Source: Candidatus Kaiserbacteria bacterium
Lineage (GTDB): Bacteria > Patescibacteriota > Minisyncoccia > Phycocordibacterales > UBA2100
NCBI GenBank assembly: GCA_016214605.1
Contig: JACROD010000018.1
Span: 1 to 51,332 of the forward strand
Direction: 5' to 3'
DNA: 51,332 bases
The translations under genes were made by a program, and so were the position numbers. The notes beneath the pieces were generated by a model, which saw nothing but the letters and a program-made list of their open reading frames with translations, made no database searches and was not told where the DNA came from. Position 1 is the first letter of the stretch, and each line of letters starts with the position of its first letter. Shown in pieces: positions 47,937 to 51,332 of this stretch.

Positions 47937-49118
47937 TCAGGTCTCCGCCCGATCATTTTCGCACGAGATTGCCATATGGCTCTCGATAAAGAGCTCGGCG
48001 TTTAACAACATTTTCTGTAAGGGACCGAAGAGGGCGAACGGATCCGCCGCCTTATCGATCTGATCCACCAGATAAAATGCCGTTCCGAATTGCATCATTC
48101 CGATGCTTCCATACCAAAGCGCGACACACAAAGCGGCGATTTTCGTCACTTCAAGCACCACATCGCGCACAAGCATGTTGTATCGGAGCAACCGAATCTC
48201 AGAGTCGAGAAACTTCTTTTCGAAGTCATCCCAAGCACCGGCGAACTGGTCAGTATCTACCGACGAGCGTCTCATGAATAAGAGATTGAACATCGAGAAA
48301 TTCCGCGACCTGAGAAGGTCGTTGAACACTTGCTGTTCCTCCTCTTGGAGAGCCATGAAGGCTGATTGCTTCTCGCGAAACAACCTACCCAGTTTGATAC
48401 CGATACTGACGGTGATGGCGCCATATATCGCAATACCAAACAACGAGACAAATGCGAACCACGGCGCCTCCAGAGCAAGCCACGCGAAGTACAGGTTCAT
48501 ACCAATACCTCGAATATACAGTGGTGCATCGAAGACTGCCGTCATTTTGAGATTCGCAATCTCCTCGCGAGACACCTGAAGCCAGGCCTGCAAGTTCTTA
48601 CCTGCGACAGCAAGCAATTGCTTCAATTTGGCCCTATCGATGTTATCAATGTTCACCGCGGCATTCACGCTCAACGCCTTTTTATCCGCAATCATCAGGC
48701 GTGTTCGACGCTTGTTGATGAAATACGGCAACAAGATGTTGTGGAGCGCGCGGCTTACAATGATCGCAACGATAGTGATCGGCACATAGTCCGACATCGG
48801 CAGCCTTTTTAGAGGATCTTGCTCTGTCGCACAGTCGACCAAATATTTCATTGGCAGACCAAACAAAATGCCGACACCTGCCCAAACAGCACTAATGACG
48901 AAGCCCTTGAGCATCTGCATTCGATTCTCGCGCGTAAGTTTGTACGCATACGTCAAGATCTTGAGGATCCGACGCGGCGTCAAACCAGGATGCAGACTAT
49001 CGGCCTTGACGGCCTGATTTTCTGCAACCTGCGTCCCCCCTCGGTTCCATTTAAAGAACTTCCAGGGAGGTTTGATCGTCTCTGCAAAGGACACAAGGTC
49101 CTCCTTTCTGTATCTCAT
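47937..49118 (-). CDS. ABC-exporter transmembrane-domain-like protein without NBD
   Basis: About six TM segments with long cytoplasmic helices; no Walker motifs; TTGACA-16-TATAAT promoter. Confidence 0.6.
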   Translation of the reverse strand: MRYRKEDLVSFAETIKPPWKFFKWNRGGTQVAENQAVKADSLHPGLTPRRILKILTYAYKLTRENRMQMLKGFVISAVWAGVGILFGLPMKYLVDCATEQDPLKRLPMSDYVPITIVAIIVSRALHNILLPYFINKRRTRLMIADKKALSVNAAVNIDNIDRAKLKQLLAVAGKNLQAWLQVSREEIANLKMTAVFDAPLYIRGIGMNLYFAWLALEAPWFAFVSLFGIAIYGAITVSIGIKLGRLFREKQSAFMALQEEEQQVFNDLLRSRNFSMFNLLFMRRSSVDTDQFAGAWDDFEKKFLDSEIRLLRYNMLVRDVVLEVTKIAALCVALWYGSIGMMQFGTAFYLVDQIDKAADPFALFGPLQKMLLNAELFIESHMAISCENDRAET

Positions 49119-49213
49119 GCGTTCTCAAGGAACACACCGTGCGCCATTATACTCATATATTGACGTATGTCAATAGATGTGTCAATGCCTTTCCGGGATT
49201 TTTGGCACAAGAG

Positions 49214-49242
49214 GGGGGCCGCGGATCTGATCCGCGGCCCCC
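49214..49242. terminator. GC-rich hairpin after typA
   Basis: GGGGGCCGCGGATC-T-GATCCGCGGCCCCC. Confidence 0.7.
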
Positions 49243-49265
49243 ATTCCTCCCCTCTAAAGCACTTA

Positions 49266-51050
49266 TTAGCGCTTGGATCGGGTACGGTCGATCTCGGTGA
49301 GGCCTTGCTTGCGTAGGCGGACCGATGATGGGGTGATCTCGAGGTATTCGTCTTCGGCAATCACTTCGAGGCCGCGCTCGATGGTGAGCTCAAACGGAGG
49401 CACGAGCGTGAGCGCCTCGTCGGAAGACTTTGAGCGCATGTTGGTGAGCTGTTTGCCCTTAGTGGGATTCACCGTCATCTCTTCGCCCTTGGAGGTATTG
49501 CCGATGACCATGCCTTCGTAGACTTCCACGGCAGGATTGATATAGAGCACACCGCGATCCTGGAGATTCCACAGAGAGAAACCGAGTGCCTTGCCACTCG
49601 CCATCGAGATCATCGAGCCGACCTGGCGGCGCTTGATCTCGCCAGCGTACGGTTTGAATCCGACGACACGAGACGACATGATCCCCTCACCCTTCGTGTC
49701 GAGGACGAACTGGTTGCGGTAGCCGAGCAGGCCGCGCGTCGGACCTTCGAAAATGAGCCGCACGCTCGCCTCATGCACTTTGAGATCTTTCATGACGAAT
49801 TTGCGCGTACCCAAGCGCTCGATGATCGCGCCCTGATAGGTGCTCGGCGTGTCGATGATGACCTCTTCAAATGGCTCGAGCTTCTCGCCACCCTCTTCGT
49901 GGAAGATCACCTGCGGTTGCGAGACCTGCATTTCGTAACCTTCGCGGCGCATGTTTTCGAGCAGGATCGCGATATGAAGCTCGCCGCGGCCGGAGACTTT
50001 GTAGGTCTCGCCCGAGTCGAAGTCGACCTTGAGGCCGACGTTGATCTCGAGCTCGCGTTCGAGGCGCTCGCGGATCTGGCGCGACGTGACAAATTTGCCT
50101 TCGCGTCCGGCAAACGGAGAATTGTTGACGAGGAAGTTGAGTGTGATGGTCGGTTCGTCGATTGCGATCGCGGGAAGCGGTGCAGCACTTTCATCCGTTG
50201 TGATCGTCTCGCCGATGAAGATGTCGGGGAGGCCGGCGATCATCGCGATATCACCCGCCTGCACCTCGGTAGCATCGATCTTTTGGAGGCCTTTGAAGGT
50301 AAACATCTTGGTGATTTTGCCGGTACGGGTCTCGCCAGTCGGTTTCTTCACAAATACCGTGTCCCCGGTCTTGAGCACACCTTCGTATGCGCGCACGATT
50401 GCGAGACGCCCGAGGAAGTTGTCGTAACCGAGGTTAAAGGGCTGGAGCTTGGCGAGGTGATTGAGCGCACCTTCGGTCGAAGCTACGGGAACATGCGCGA
50501 GGATCGTATCGAGAAGCGGGGTGAGATCGCTCGATTCATCGGTCAACTTCATCTTGGCGATCCCCTGCTTGCCTATCGCATACACGACCGGAAAGTCCGC
50601 CTGTGCATCGTTGGCACCGAGCTCGAGGAACAACTCAAGTACAGACTCTTCGCACTGGTCAGGATCCGCGGCTGGCTTGTCGATCTTGTTGATGACGACG
50701 ATCGGCTTGAGGCCGAGCTCGAGGGATTTTTTGAGGACGAACCGCGTCTGTGGCATCGGGCCTTCCTGGGCATCGACGACGAGAAGCACCGAGTCGATAC
50801 TGCGGAGCACACGTTCGACCTCGGAGCCAAAGTCGGCATGGCCGGGCGTATCGACGATATTGATCTTAGTGTCCTTGTAGAAAACAGCGGCGTTCTTGGA
50901 GTAGATAGTGATGCCACGCTCCTTTTCGAGCGTGTTGGAGTCCATTGAGACTCCTTCTTCGGCAACACCGGTCTGGCGCAACAGTGCATCCGTCAGCGTG
51001 GTCTTGCCGTGGTCAACGTGAGCTATGATGGCAATGTTGCGAATATCCAT
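49266..51050 (-). CDS. typA: Translational GTPase TypA/BipA
   Basis: [41 protein letters not shown]. Confidence 0.98.
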   Translation of the reverse strand: MDIRNIAIIAHVDHGKTTLTDALLRQTGVAEEGVSMDSNTLEKERGITIYSKNAAVFYKDTKINIVDTPGHADFGSEVERVLRSIDSVLLVVDAQEGPMPQTRFVLKKSLELGLKPIVVINKIDKPAADPDQCEESVLELFLELGANDAQADFPVVYAIGKQGIAKMKLTDESSDLTPLLDTILAHVPVASTEGALNHLAKLQPFNLGYDNFLGRLAIVRAYEGVLKTGDTVFVKKPTGETRTGKITKMFTFKGLQKIDATEVQAGDIAMIAGLPDIFIGETITTDESAAPLPAIAIDEPTITLNFLVNNSPFAGREGKFVTSRQIRERLERELEINVGLKVDFDSGETYKVSGRGELHIAILLENMRREGYEMQVSQPQVIFHEEGGEKLEPFEEVIIDTPSTYQGAIIERLGTRKFVMKDLKVHEASVRLIFEGPTRGLLGYRNQFVLDTKGEGIMSSRVVGFKPYAGEIKRRQVGSMISMASGKALGFSLWNLQDRGVLYINPAVEVYEGMVIGNTSKGEEMTVNPTKGKQLTNMRSKSSDEALTLVPPFELTIERGLEVIAEDEYLEITPSSVRLRKQGLTEIDRTRSKR

Positions 51051-51193
51051 AAAAGTTTATTTTTTCAAAAGAAAACACCCCGTAAGATAGGCCTAGGCCG
51101 CCATCTCTCGGGGCATCGGTGAGACCATTGTGCACGAATCAGAGCAATTAGTCAAATCTTCATAAATTGGGGCCCGTACCTTTGGTACGGGCC

Positions 51194-51332
51194 CACTCGT
51201 GTCCCGTTAAAATCAACATGACACAAAAAATATCCAGCAAACGCGGGATATTTTCATCATTTACGCCGTACACGATTTGAATTCGCCGTCGACCGGCTCG
51301 GGCGATACTGGAGGCATACCAGCCTCCTAACC
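51194..51332 (+). mobile_element. IS4-family element, left end (IR 51194-51216), truncated by window edge
   Basis: CACTCGTGTCCCGTTAAAATCAA is the inverted complement of 115-138; it sits against the hairpin at 51170-51194. Confidence 0.72.

Noticed and set aside
49773-50948. 391-aa plus-strand ORF
   Set aside because: Antisense shadow of typA. The same applies to 8960-9838, 15210-16028, 16777-17604 and 39606-40406.
51257-51332. 3' end of a minus-strand gene or an 18-aa peptide
   Set aside because: Better explained as the non-coding left end of the IS4 element; no frame is convincing.

Overview
This is a chromosomal segment, most likely from a Patescibacteria/CPR (Parcubacteria-like) bacterium. 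That assignment is inferred from a short hinge-less SMC, a NusB-NUDIX fusion, a PaaX/Cas2-like regulator, a Gmad2 protein and widespread leaderless genes. Both ends run into copies of the same IS4-family element: the transposase 3' end plus right IR at 1-138, and the left IR from 51194. The left 31 kb is a mosaic surface-glycan locus. It holds FkbM and C-methyltransferases, several GT4 enzymes, asnB, wecB, two gmd genes, two truncated Ugd-like dehydrogenases and a GtrA/GtrB-methyltransferase/GtrC-like module. These are interleaved with two MntA-HepT toxin-antitoxin pairs, a DUF4143 ATPase and a PaaX-like gene. The right 20 kb has core genes (rpsP, smc, rnc, nusB, rpmF, msrB, typA), a minimal type IV pilus cluster and solitary orphan genes with their own promoter, SD and terminator. 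The most notable non-coding signals are five. (1) A 38-bp palindrome occurs three times; two copies bracket the PaaX/Cas2-like gene in inverted orientation. (2) A duplicated FkbM 3' end brackets an ATPase + TA islet. (3) A candidate ~73-nt sRNA and an 11-bp repeat array lie between smc and rpsP. (4) A REP-like palindrome is inserted in frame in a glycosyltransferase. (5) Near-identical hairpins bracket an accessory cassette. All calls come from reading motifs by eye; no searches were run.
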